Origin: Lenisia limosa
Taxonomy: Eukaryota > Protista > Breviatea
Assembly: GCA_001655205.1 (NCBI GenBank)
Contig: LPNZ01011689.1
Location: 6,941 to 70,940, forward strand
Length of the DNA: 64,000 nucleotides
Reading direction: 5' to 3'
Below the pieces are notes generated by a model, which saw only the letters and a list, made by a program, of their open reading frames with translations, was not told the DNA's origin and ran no database searches. This document shows, one piece after another, positions 23,996-35,405 of the stretch. The number at the start of each line of letters is the position of its first letter. Positions within the stretch are counted from its first letter, which is position 1. The translations under genes and the position numbers were made by a program.

Positions 23996-26900
23996 ATGCT
24001 TCCTGCCAGGAGAAAGGTACTGCGGTCCATCTTTATTGACCTCTTTAGCCTGTTCCTGAGGAGTTGCAGCTGGACTGCTGGGGAAAATGGTAAGCGATTG
24101 CCATGGGAGGAAGAGATTGTTGGAGTGAAATGGGTTTACCGAAGGAATTGTTCAATTTTCCTTGTTGATACGGAGAGTATATTAACCATCTTCTACTTTA
24201 CCAAATGTGCTGAATGAATATAACGCATGAATAAAAACACGACTCACTCTTCAAGGAAGCTTTATCGCAGGCCTCCCGTTAAGTTCCTTCTTCATCTTCT
24301 TATTGTCATCCTTGTCACTATCCAAGTACGCAGTACCTCTTTTTCGGATAATTCCCTTTTGCGCTCTTTGTCTTTTATTCCAAGGTTCTTCGCATTGTTG
24401 CAACGGAAACTGAATATCTTGAAGCTTCTCGTGCTACTTGGTTGGGAAGCTTTTACTTTCTTAGCACTCGCAACTGCCCTTTGGATTGCTAATGTCTCAG
24501 GTACACGCTCTTCTTCGATGACAATGTGGACTATGTTGCCCCCAGAAAGCCACGATTTGAGATTTTCACAGTTGAGGATGCGTTAACGTTTATTGAGGAG
24601 TCGGTTGGAAAGGTGGGTAGTTGTGCTCTGGCTCTAATTTTGCAGTACTATTCCTTCCAAGAAGAATCCATTGACAGGTACATTTATGATGACGTTCTGG
24701 ATCTCAATAGCACCGACACCATTGTGGCAAGACCTGGTAGGACTGTTGTTGCCGCTCTGTTCTTACCCAGCCAGTTCTCCAAGTCGACACCTACACTGCT
24801 GGTGACGAGATTTTCAACACAGACGGGGCCCACAGTACAGCAATTAAGAGAGGTGCGTTCGCCATGCGGTGGAGAGGAAATGACCGTCTTAGTTGAGTAC
24901 CAGTTGACCGCTGACAACCCCATCGGCCCTCTAGCGATCGAGGATAAAAGAGAGTTCTTCAACCGCCTCGTTCGCATGAAGCTGTCCATGTCGCTCGTCA
25001 ATTCTCTACCAACTTTGAGTCACGTTCTTGTGTATAGATGGGATATTGATGTAAGCGGGCTTTGGCTGGTCTCTCACGTTTTGTCTTATCTTATTCTGTA
25101 GATTATCATGGAGTTTGCATCAAGAGGTGGAAGGCTCTCTGTCTTTATGGACCAGCACCCCACCCGCGTCAACAAAGGTGGGGATCTGCGATGTTCATCA
25201 TCATTTCTACTATCCTTTCTCACCTTTTAGTTGGGCTCTTTGAACAGTTCGAAAATGGGTTCCTTCTCCTCAATGCCAGGTTTGAATTGCTGAGTGTTAT
25301 TATCTTGACACTTTTAGCATTATCGTAACGGCAGTTGTCTCTCACATTCTTTCCATCAAAGCACTGAAAAAGTCGTTCAAACTCTTTCAAGTATGGGGGG
25401 GGGGGGGGNNNNNNNNNNNNNNNNNNNNNNNNNNNNNNNNNNNNNNNNNNNNNNNNNNNNNNNNNNNNNNNNNNNNNNNNNNNNNNNNNNNNNNNNNNNG
25501 CGACTCTTCAAAATGGGACGGTGGTCACATGGACGAGTTTGAGCCTGCGCAACAAGCTGAGGTTCTTCAACCTTTGGTGGGTCGCGCCATTGACAACGCC
25601 AGCTGACTACACAGGTTCATCATCACCATGCTGGGTAACTCCTTCAATATTATCGCCTGCATTCTTGACATCTTCTACAACATGGGCCACGGGTCTCCGG
25701 TTTGGGGGGGAGGGGTATAGTGATTCTTTTGAACAGCATTCACACTTCAGGAGCTGCTTCGCCTCTGTGCGGGTATCGGGTGTATGCTCGTCTGGTTCAA
25801 TATGGCGCGCTATTACGAGTTTGACAAGTCGTATTACGTCATGGTTATGACCCTCAACCGAGCCATGCCGAATCTCATTCGTTTCGTTCTTGGTGGTCTT
25901 CCTGTGAGCAAGAAGGGGAGGGGGCCTTCCTGTGGGCAAGAAGGGGAGTGGGCCTTATGATGCCAACGAATTTGAGTTTGTTTCACCCTTTAGCTGTTCA
26001 TGGGTTTTGCTTTCTTCTCAGTGATCTGCTTCTCCCACGTTTCCCTCAAGGTGAGCTAATTGCCACAATTATCACGTTTGTCTTCTTTTTCACCCCTGTA
26101 GTACCGTGATATCGGCACAGCCATGATCACTCAGTTCGCACTTATGAATGGTGATATTATTTATGAGGTAAGCGGCAATCCTCCGAGCTCTCTTACCGCT
26201 AGACCTACGAGGAGATCTACCAGGGCGGTGCGGTGTCTTCGAGAATCTACCTTTACGCTTTCCTCATCGTCTTCATTTACGCCTGTGTGTCGCTCTTCAT
26301 TGCTATGGTTGATTCCGCCTATATCATTTCTCAAACGGTGTGGGGGGGGGGTTGCATTATTATAATATAATATACTCTATGATATGTTTTTAATATAGCC
26401 CACATCTTCTGCCGCACGTAACAAAAGGAGTTTTACGTACTAATTAACAGGTTGCTCGTCGTCGTGAGCGTCTGCGCAAGGGTGGCGTAGAGAGTGACGA
26501 GGAAATGGACTTCAGTGCAGCTCCGGGCGGGCATGAGGAAGGTTGGTTGTCTTGAGAGCTGCTTGCACTACGGCACTTGCTTTCTAAACTCACGTTTTCA
26601 GGACATGGAGAACATGGTGAAGAGATTAAGTCTCTTCAAATGGAGGATGTCCAGTGGATGAAAATCCTCAAGGCTCAGGTTTGCAAAAATAGGGTGGCTG
26701 TTTTTTTTTTTTTTTTTTTTTTTNNNNNNNNNNNNNNNNNNNNNNNNNNNNNNNNNNNNNNNNNNNNNNNNNNNNNNNNNNNNNNNNNNNNNNNNNNNNN
26801 NNCCACCTCCCTCTAACCTCTTCAGAGAAGAAAGCGTGCTAAGTCACAGAAGGAGATGGATAATCGTGAGCTTTTGAGGAGTGGTTTATCAGCTTTTGTC

Positions 26901-27338
26901 CTTTCCTGACCCTCCCAGCCACGTCCCAATTTGACCCGACCATTGAGCTTCGTCGTTCCTTGTCCGACGCTGTAGCTGGTAAGTCACATGGTGGCGTCTC
27001 ATGCATTCAGTTTCGAACATCCAGTACCGGCAGCTTCTTCAGGACCGTGTCAACCAGGTTTGCCGCCTCTTGTTGCTTTTGAGAGCAAGGCAATTAGTCT
27101 AAATCGTATTTATGATTCAGGTCCTTGTATCGCATGCGGACCAAGACATTTCCTTCGGCTCCTTCATTGCTGCCGGCGGCTTCGACTTTGCTGTGAGAGA
27201 CATGATCGATCCCTACAATATCGTTTTAGTCTTTTGCATGGATTGATTGTTACATTCCTCACTTCTTAGGATGACTCTATAGACCTTTCAACCCCAAGAC
27301 CTGAGGTGGGTTATCAACATCCCCTCCTTGCCTTCTAA
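23996..27338 (+). CDS. MCOLN: Mucolipin / TRPML lysosomal cation channel
   Basis: N-terminal CWGKWKLYRRPPVKFLLHLLIVILVTIQ, a large luminal loop, S4-S5 GIGCMLVWFNMARYYEFDKSYYVMVMTLNRAMPNLIRF, pore TQFALMNGDII and S6 SRIYLYAFLIVFIYACVSLFIAMVDSAY all match the TRPML pattern. C-terminal splicing is approximate and the gene spans two N gaps. Confidence 0.9.
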
Positions 27339-27350
27339 CCCGAATAGTCC

Positions 27351-30030
27351 TCACCCTTCTCGTTCACTCCGGACACGCCCCTCATTGCTAAGAAGTTCCA
27401 TCTGGTGAGCCTGCCTCTGTGTGTCATGTTTTAGTCCAAGGAAGCATCGAGCTCGCAGATCCGAACCCGTGACTTCTCCATTGCTGAGGGCTTCGACCAG
27501 CCGCAGGAAATGCACTATCAGGCCGATGCGGATGTCAGCGTAGGCTCTGTGCTTAGCCCCGTGTTGACTTGACTCTCTAGGTCCCCGCCACTCCTTCCAG
27601 TGCCAACTAAACTGAACGACCTTGCTTGTAGCCTGTTCGTTCATGTGCATAATACAATATGGTTCTTTTTATTGAGTACCGCAATTGTTGGGTTACTTCA
27701 TCCATAATACGTCCGACATTGTTTTGGGGTTGACGGAATGTAGCCCTATGAAGTTCAAGCACCCCGAACAGAACACCTCACAGACGGCAGACGAATGCTA
27801 AAATTGTCACGTGATACATGGCGGACAGTCATTACAGAACACTCTCAAAACAATTACCTCCAGCCATAGTCCGCATACCGACGGAATCCAGACGGAGGAG
27901 TGTGGGGATGACAAAGGAACTAATTGGTCATGAAATGAGGCCACGAGGCTCTGGGGGAGGGGACTCGGTAGGGGAAGGGCGTTGAGCTTTTGGCCAGTGA
28001 TCCGAGTGGTTACGGTCGAAACGGTGAAGAATGGCTCAGTCTTCAAAGATAAGAGAGAAACCAGGCCCATTAGCCTTCATTAATTTAACCAACCAAACCT
28101 CCAGATAATGGGACCCTGCCAGGAAGAGAATTCCGCGACAATTTGGGCATTGTACCGGCTCGGAGGCCGTCTGGATCTTGGCAAACTGGTTCTTCTGAAA
28201 TGACATTATCTGGGATGTTTATATTTGTACACAATATAAGATATCTAGTGGACTTGACTGCTAACACAACATTCCTGAACAGAACAGAGAAAAGAGCACA
28301 AACCAGGTTTTCTTTCTTTGTATGCGAGGGAGAAGGTGGGCGACACTATGAAGTTAGATAAAGGGGAAGGGCACCCACGGTGGACTGTTTCGGTGCAGCG
28401 TTGGACGGGGTGGTTGCAAGGGGAGTTCGAGTAACCGGCGAGGGTGACGGCATGACTGAATCGTCAGTAAAGCGACAGGGCGTCAATGCCGTTTCACCCC
28501 GCAGACTCATAGGCGGGTCTTCAGACACACAGTCGAGTTCGGGAGTGCTTTCGAGCCAAACTGGGCCAGCTGCTTCGCTTCGAATCGGCCGGATCGGGAG
28601 AGGGGTCTCTTTCAGTGGCTCTCCAGGGGACTGGAAGGTCACGTTGGTCTGGACACACACCTTTTGCTGAAGCAAGCTCAGGAGGCCTTTCTTCCTTGGC
28701 GGGCAGGGGCTTGGGCTCTGACTGAAGGCGAATTCGTTTTGAGTTGACTCGTCAAAGAGGTCCGCGTAATCAATACTCGGCATTCTGGGGATGAGGACGA
28801 GAGGTATAACATTTATCATTGAGATCACTTGAGATATGTACATGTAGTTTGAACTTGTGTTGTGGATCTTCAACCCATCAGCACGAGATAGCTTGTCATA
28901 CCTTGGAGGCGTGCACGGCTCAAAGTCCGGGGGTGGCAGTGGCGCTAAGGGCGGCTCTGAAGGATAAAACCCATGCCAGAAGAAGAGTAATTCCTACCAT
29001 CTTGGGGGTAACGAGGGAGACGATTACACTCAACCTGAGGAGTCTGGGTGGGTTAGAGTGCAAAGAAGCTTGACAGCATCCTACTCCGAATGGCGTTCCT
29101 TTTGGGGCTGAGGCTTGCGGGGTGCGGAGGGAGGCAAAGCCTATGTTTGGGTCTCGTGGAGGGGACTTTCGGTGCAGCAGCGACTTAGTAACACGGGGTG
29201 GCAGCTCCGGCGCGGGTTTGGTAATCTCAAGTTGGTGGGGTGGATATCTGTTGATCGTACTGTTGCTCAGTTGGATGGAGTGGAAGGGTGGAGTGCTGCC
29301 TTCATTTTGATTTGGATGATGGAATGGCGGAGTGTTGCTTTCATTTTGGTTCATTTGTGTACGAACCGGCCTTGATGGGGTATAATGTGGGGTACTAGGC
29401 ACGTGGACAGCTGATGGGAAATGGAGGTCTTCTGATGAATTCACTTCAGTTCTTGGTGGACCAAACGAGGTGTTCTGTGAGGTGAGTGGCATGCGGAAGT
29501 GTGTAAAAGGGGTTGTTTGGGTCATGAGCACCAGCTTATTTCCGCCAGATGATGAACACACCCAATGAAAAAAAGCGGAAACTGTAGCAAACCTGATGAC
29601 TTGGTACAGACGGAAAGGGTCTTGAGGGCGGCACGTACTGTGGCTCGATGCGGTTTGGTGGTGCAAAGCCATGCTGGAAACTTTGCTGCTGGTCATTTGG
29701 GGATTGGTGGAATCTCTGTTCGTTTGTTGCGGTCCTTTGATGCTGGGGTGTGTGGCCGGCAAGAGGCAATGTGCTTGGAACCGGGTGTGTAACAGAACAC
29801 GGGGGGCCTTGCTTGCTGTCTTTGACCTCCGACGGCGACCAGTTTGTTGTGCGTTGTATGTTGGACCATTTGTTGTCCGGAGGCGTGGCCCACAAAGACG
29901 GCGCAGCACCCTGGGCGGGCTTCCACTCCTTGGCTGGGGGGCACGGGGTGAGGGGGTTGGATCGTTGAGCCGGCGGAAGTGGTGGTGGCGGCTGAGACGG
30001 ATCTCCGGTGAAGTACGCCGAGATGGGCAT
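27351..30030 (-). CDS. Uncharacterised protein with a long Pro/Ser/Thr-rich N-terminus and a folded-looking C-terminal domain
   Basis: Starts MPISAYFTGDPSQPPPPLPP; long open exons at 29590-30030, 29100-29540 and 28350-28830; terminal exon AYADIRIGLIVHFLRLVEALSNG...EREG*. Confidence 0.55.
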
Positions 30031-30064
30031 GTTGGCTTTGGGGTTTGGCTGAAAGGTAAGATTA

Positions 30065-30160
30065 GGGCTTCACTTCGGTTCAAAAAAAGACTGAATTTCT
30101 CGATAAATCTTCGAAAATTATCGATATTTTACTGGTATTTTTCGAACCGAAGTGAAGCCC
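30065..30160. mobile_element. 96-bp element with a perfect 17-bp terminal inverted repeat (MITE-like or hairpin), copy 1
   Basis: gggcttcacttcggttc (30065-30081) ... gaaccgaagtgaagccc (30144-30160). Aligns along its length to 49875-49970. Confidence 0.6.
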
Positions 30161-33100
30161 AAGAAAAGATGTGATTGAAACGGACCTGTATCTTGGGTGG
30201 CTCAAACGGGCGAGATCCCACATTGGGATGGAGCACGGGGACTCGATGGGGAGCGTTGGTTGGTGCATTGATAGTGAGTTTATGCCGTCCTGGCGGATCA
30301 GCAACCAGTTTAGTGGTGAAGTGCTCCAGGGCAGAGATGGCGTCGTTGAACTTCAGGGGGTGTTGTAGGCCTAAGCGGACCCTACTACGTCAGCCATGTA
30401 GAGGTGGACCTACCAATGTGAAAGGCCCTGGATCGTCCGTCTCTCTCTGAACCTACAGTCCACCAGGAGAATTGCGCCCCAGTCAAACTGGTGACGAATG
30501 CATCGTCCAAAGGCCTGCAATATGTAAGTACTAGTCTTAAGCATTGCTGGCAACTGACCTGGTTGACAGCTCGATAGGCTTGAAGGGCGTACCAGTCACG
30601 GCCCTTCAGAAGGCCCCGGTGTTGGAACCTATCGTTATACGCCTGCTTCAAGGCAACTTGCTTGTCTTTGATGTTTGGGAAGGGGATGCCAAAGACAACG
30701 ACGCCGCGCGCGTTATCGTTACTAAAGTCAATACCTTCGGAAACTACACCGCATAAGAGACGAACATAACACCTGCCGTTAGCCTTTTCTCCAACCTTTT
30801 CCTCTGCAGACGGCGAAGAAGAGCCCACCACCAGATGAAGGTCCGGAGGCTTCAATGGCGGCGTAGTAGGTTGACAGCTCACTCTCAAGCTGGTCACTTT
30901 TCCTAGGAAAATAAGCATGCAGTCTCGTACCTCGGTTCGATTGCAACGGTTTTGAGAGCCTGGAGTTTTTCCCACGCCCCTGTGTCCTTGAGCCTCTGCA
31001 CCACACGATCAACCAGACGGTACGACTGACTGTGACAGTGACAAAATGTCTTCATATCCACGCTACTCACAGGAAACAGAGCACTCCTTTCGGAACAGTT
31101 TGACAAACTCGGATGAGGATCTCTCCAATTTCGTCCAAAAACATCAAGCTCTCCTACAGCGGTGAGGAAGGCATTGTCCTACTGTGTTCTTGTAGACCGC
31201 TTTCATTTCTTTTCCAGTAGGCCCGTAGGAAATTGAAGAAAGGAACACCTAGGGGATGTTTAATGCAATTATTTGGGAATTGAAAAGAGTTGATGAAATA
31301 AACAAAAACAGTATGGTTAAATGAAGATATAATACATGAAGAAAAGAATATATCATATGATATAGTGAACTCCTTACCTGTTCCTTGACATTGACCACGT
31401 GATTGGCTTCAAGGCGCTGGGCGAACCTTGAACCATCAGAGAAACGAACCGAAAACCGTTTCGTATATTATTACACCATGGACCAAAACCGTCTCCGTAT
31501 ACTGTGTGCCAAGTTCGGATTCGAATGACGTCAGAGGTGCCAGCGTGCCACTAGTGAGGATAATGCTCCGACTATCGTGAAGCTGACGGAAGGCCACTGC
31601 AGGGTTCATGCACCAGAACGAAAACGCCAACACAAATGAGCCGAAATCCTGAGCAGTGAGTGACTGTTGGGCGTAATAATGCTTCATAATGGGGCCCGTC
31701 ATACCATGCCTTTCCTGCCCTTGCCTTTTTGCTGTCTCTGAAAGGTAAATAACGTCTGAAAGCCCCCTGGTGATACCCACGTATTTCTTAGATGCAATCA
31801 CGTAGTCCTGGGTGTTTCTCATGATCATTTGTGAGGGGTCGCTTGGGGAAGGACTGTGGAGTGAAAGGCGAAAATATCGACCTACCATTGCTCCAGAATT
31901 AGTTCAGCTGAGGTAAGAAGTTTCTCAATCATTGGCATTGTTTTGGGGTCTGGAAGCGGCTACAAAGTCATTTAACAACAGTTACCTGGACGGGCGAAAT
32001 ATCCAGCCAAAAATCCCACCATCAAGTCATTGCTTTTGGTCTTTTTTTCTTTCTCCTCATTCATAGCCTAAAAGGGATTACTTCACAAACATTCCACAAT
32101 TAGAGATTATTTGGTAAAGGCTCGAGAATAAGAGGCGGCACCCCCCCCCCCCNNNNNNNNNNNNNNNNNNNNNNNNNNNNNNNNNNNNNNNNNNNNNNNN
32201 NNNNNNNNNNNNNNNNNNNNNNNNNNNNNNNNNNNNNNNNNNNNNNNNTTCCTAAAGGCCATTAGAGCTTTATTATAAACAAAAGGGCTAACTGAAGCAA
32301 CACTAAATGTCTCTTCGACGGATTCTTCCCCTACCTTGAGCTGCACAATACTGACAGTGGTAAGTCCCATGTCCTCCAATGCTGCTACCATTTTGTTGCC
32401 TTCAATCTACAATGTCACCATGATGGCATCACAGATAATATGAAAACAATTGGATCTTCGATTTTTCCATGCAACTTCAGCCCCTCATACCACGGTCTCA
32501 AACTTGTCTGGTTCACCAGTTGCTGTTGCGCGGCTGCACGCACCCTCAGCCCATTCGCTCACACTCTGCAGGAAATACTACTCTGTCAGCACCACACTTG
32601 GTATAAGGTACCAACCTGTAGGGGGGAGACGGTTGCGGCTTCCGAGGGGCATTTGTCCAGGATCGAATCCAAATCGGCCACAGCGTCCAATACCTAAGTT
32701 GTCAAAGGAAACCAAGGGACCTTCCAATAACACCAGTACCCACCTCAGAGACAAGGAAGTCGTAGGAGCAAGCCTAATGTTGTAAGAATTGAAAAATGGG
32801 GTATTGATCCTCTTACGTCGCGTGCAGAATCCTCAATGTTGTGTGCCTCATCAAATATCATGATCGAGTTACTGACTTTGATATCCAGGGCCTAGTATCA
32901 TGTCAGTTTCGAAAAAAAGTAAGATACGAATTGATGAAGAAACCAAATTCCAACTCAATGCATCTGTAAAGGCGTATAATATTGTAATATAATATCGGAG
33001 GTTTGAAAAAAAAGCCTTGTTAGAATTTTGCATGACATCACCTTTCGAATAAAGGGGTCAATAAGATATTGATATGGGCAGAAGACGATTGACGCTTCAG

Positions 33101-34653
33101 TGTGTAACGCTGAATAAATGAGCTAGTGGTAGTTGATTGTGACGAGAGAATTAGTCACACTCAAAAATATCATATTGGAACTCCACAAACATCTGCTTGC
33201 AAAGAATGGGCACCCTTTGTACTGTTTACCGAGTCGAACCTACTCAAGTCAATACCCATGATAGTCAATAGGCATGGTAGTCAATAGGCATGGTAGTCAA
33301 TACCCATGATAGTCAATACCCATGATAGTCAATACCCATGATAGTCAATAGGCATGGTAGTTAATACCCATGATAGTCAATACCCATGATAGTCAATATT
33401 CGTTACAAAATGTCACAACTCACCAAGTCTTCGATATCCCACACTTCGTCCTGTCCACCGGGTCGAACCTAGGAGTTATGGTCCCTCAATCCTGAACCAA
33501 CTTGGTGACATGACGCCACAACATGCGCTCTTTTGCTGTATTTGCATCCTTTGCGCTCCAACAACGCTTTGCACGCAGCATCACGAACTGGTGCCTGGAA
33601 ATGTGTTAACGCCCACATCAGCATGCAAACACTCACCTTCAGCACAGGACCGTGGATACAATAGTGATCTCTTGACGCCAAAATGGCCATTTTCGGCCTG
33701 TAGGGTGTTTGTTCCAACTCTGAAACTACTTGCTCCACTTGACTATGCTGAAGTGTGAGACCCAAAAGAGAAACAAGCCAACCGTCCTAGTAGCGTAGTA
33801 GATGACCGGTAACTTGTTGTCTTCTTTCTTCTTCTTCTTGGAAGGCGGAGTTTCTCCCGCCGCATATCTGTCCAGTAAAAAAAAAGCTGAAACCACTACC
33901 CACTTGTCAAGAGCCTCGATCTGACCTCGCTTCAGCTCAGCAGCTTCCTCCGCCAAACGAAGCTCTTCATTCATTTTCATACGGTCGGCGGCTTTAGCTG
34001 CAAGAGACTTCCTTGCGCGCCGTGCTGATCCTTGGGCCATGATTGGGAATGATCAGGCTTACCTCGAGTGAAATCATCAATGTCACTACTTTGTGTGTCG
34101 TTGAAGGATTGAGGAGGGTTCTCTTCGATTTTCTCCGGCTCCTCAACAACCTTCTTCTTCTGAGCCTCGACTTCCTTTTCGTTGCATTGACTGCGATGGT
34201 CATCTCAAAAAGAGGTGCATACCGTTCGGCCTCGGCTTCCATCCAGGCAAGCGACGAGCAGAGAAGCGCAAGGGATTTGCCACTTCCTGTGGGGCTTTCC
34301 AGCAGGGCATTGGTTGATGTATTCAGGGATTTAATGATCTACAATATTAAAAAGAAATAGCCGGAGGTACCGTATGCCAAATGGTTTTCATTTTGTTAAT
34401 TGTGCTAATTTACATGTCCAATCTTAACTGAAAAAAAAGACTCTCAGCCTACATTATCCATGACCTGAACTTGAGCGTCATACGGCTCGAAAGGAAAGTG
34501 CACGGGGACTCCCTTGAAAAAATGGAAATGAACAAAAGCAAATGATAGGGAAATGAGCACAAAGGAAACAAAAAATGCTGACATTCCATCAGAGAAAAAT
34601 AGAACAATAACGCTTACATGTAGATTGAGCCCAGTAGTTTGATTATTGGTCAT
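30129..34653 (-). CDS. BRIP1: FANCJ/BRIP1 Fe-S DEAH DNA helicase
   Basis: [18 protein letters not shown]; YYATRTHSQ; [11 protein letters not shown]; four Fe-S Cys retained; FDEAHNIED; [10 protein letters not shown]; ILTSGTLAP; LEANHV; [20 protein letters not shown]; [31 protein letters not shown]. The WCxNPAVAF, LEANH and DWGA motifs favour FANCJ over RTEL1. Confidence 0.9.
33248..33398. repeat. Intronic 16-bp minisatellite, 9 copies of two variants
   Basis: A = gtcaatacccatgata, B = gtcaataggcatggta; order A B B A A A B A' A, inside a FANCJ intron. Confidence 0.95.
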
Positions 34654-34699
34654 TGTAATCCTACAGTGTGAAACAGAAAAAAAGGACGCTTTATTCACC

Positions 34700-35116
34700 T
34701 TATTCGGATTGTGAGTCTTCGGAATCCTCACTCTCGGACTCAGCTAGCTGCTGAATGCGTGCAATGAGGAGGGGCTTGAACTCAAGGGCTTTGGCGTGGG
34801 TTGGTTCAATTGCCAAGACTGATGGAATCAACCAAAACGAAAACGTTATTCGTAACTGTCTGGTCATGGAAGATTTTCCAGTTCATAGGAAGAAGATCTT
34901 ATCCTTATAAATATCCAAAATAAGGTATAACTAACAATGTATTAAGTTAGCAAATCCTACTTTTTTCACAGAGAGTGAGTGCAAGAACGAAGTCGTGAGC
35001 AATCAAAGCGTTGGAGAACTGGAAAGTGACATACCGAAAAAGAATGAAGGCTTCCGGGAATTGCCTTCAATTTCATAGATTACCTCTGAAATAAGGTCGA
35101 TAGGGGCTGAAGACAT
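34700..35116 (-). CDS. ERICH2: Small ERICH2-like (glutamate-rich protein 2) TPR-like protein, 69 aa
   Basis: Exons 35084-35116, 34961-35018 and 34700-34818 give MSSAPIDLISEFSNALIAHDFVLALTLCEKILAIEPTHAKALEFKPLLIARIQQLAESESEDSEDSQSE*. This matches the remembered ERICH2 core APLELMAEF...LAKKLCQMILIYEPENPEAKEF plus an acidic tail. Confidence 0.6.
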
Positions 35117-35253
35117 GGCTAGACTTGACTGAAACAAAAAAAGACGAAGCTTAGCGGGACTATGGTTCGTGCAAATACTGTATTTTCAATCTTCTGTTAT
35201 TTTTTTGGCCTTTTTGATTTTCTGTGTTTTTTCTGGGCCATTCATATTTATTG

Positions 35254-35278
35254 TCGATATTTATCGAAAATTATCGAT
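35254..35278. promoter_or_regulatory. Triple-TCGA phased motif in the ERICH2/Raptor divergent promoter
   Basis: TCGA at 35254, 35264 and 35274; shares the exact 15-mer tcgaaaattatcgat with 30111-30125. Confidence 0.45.
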
Positions 35279-35405
35279 TGAATGAGAAACTCTTTTGTTC
35301 GAAGCAATCTGTAGAAATATCAAATACATATATAAAGTTATATAAAATTATCAATTGAAAAAGGAGAAGGAGGTATAGAATGTAGTTTCTCCGAATAGTT
35401 CAACA

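Noticed and set aside
28920-30083. 387-aa ORF, and other long antisense ORFs over Pro/Ser-rich exons
   Set aside because: These are frame-shifted or antisense shadows of low-complexity exons; splice signals support the MPISAYF... model.
34710-34790. KPLLIARIQQ as the end of a SAP domain
   Set aside because: Correct splicing places it in the ERICH2-like helix, with no upstream SAP motif.
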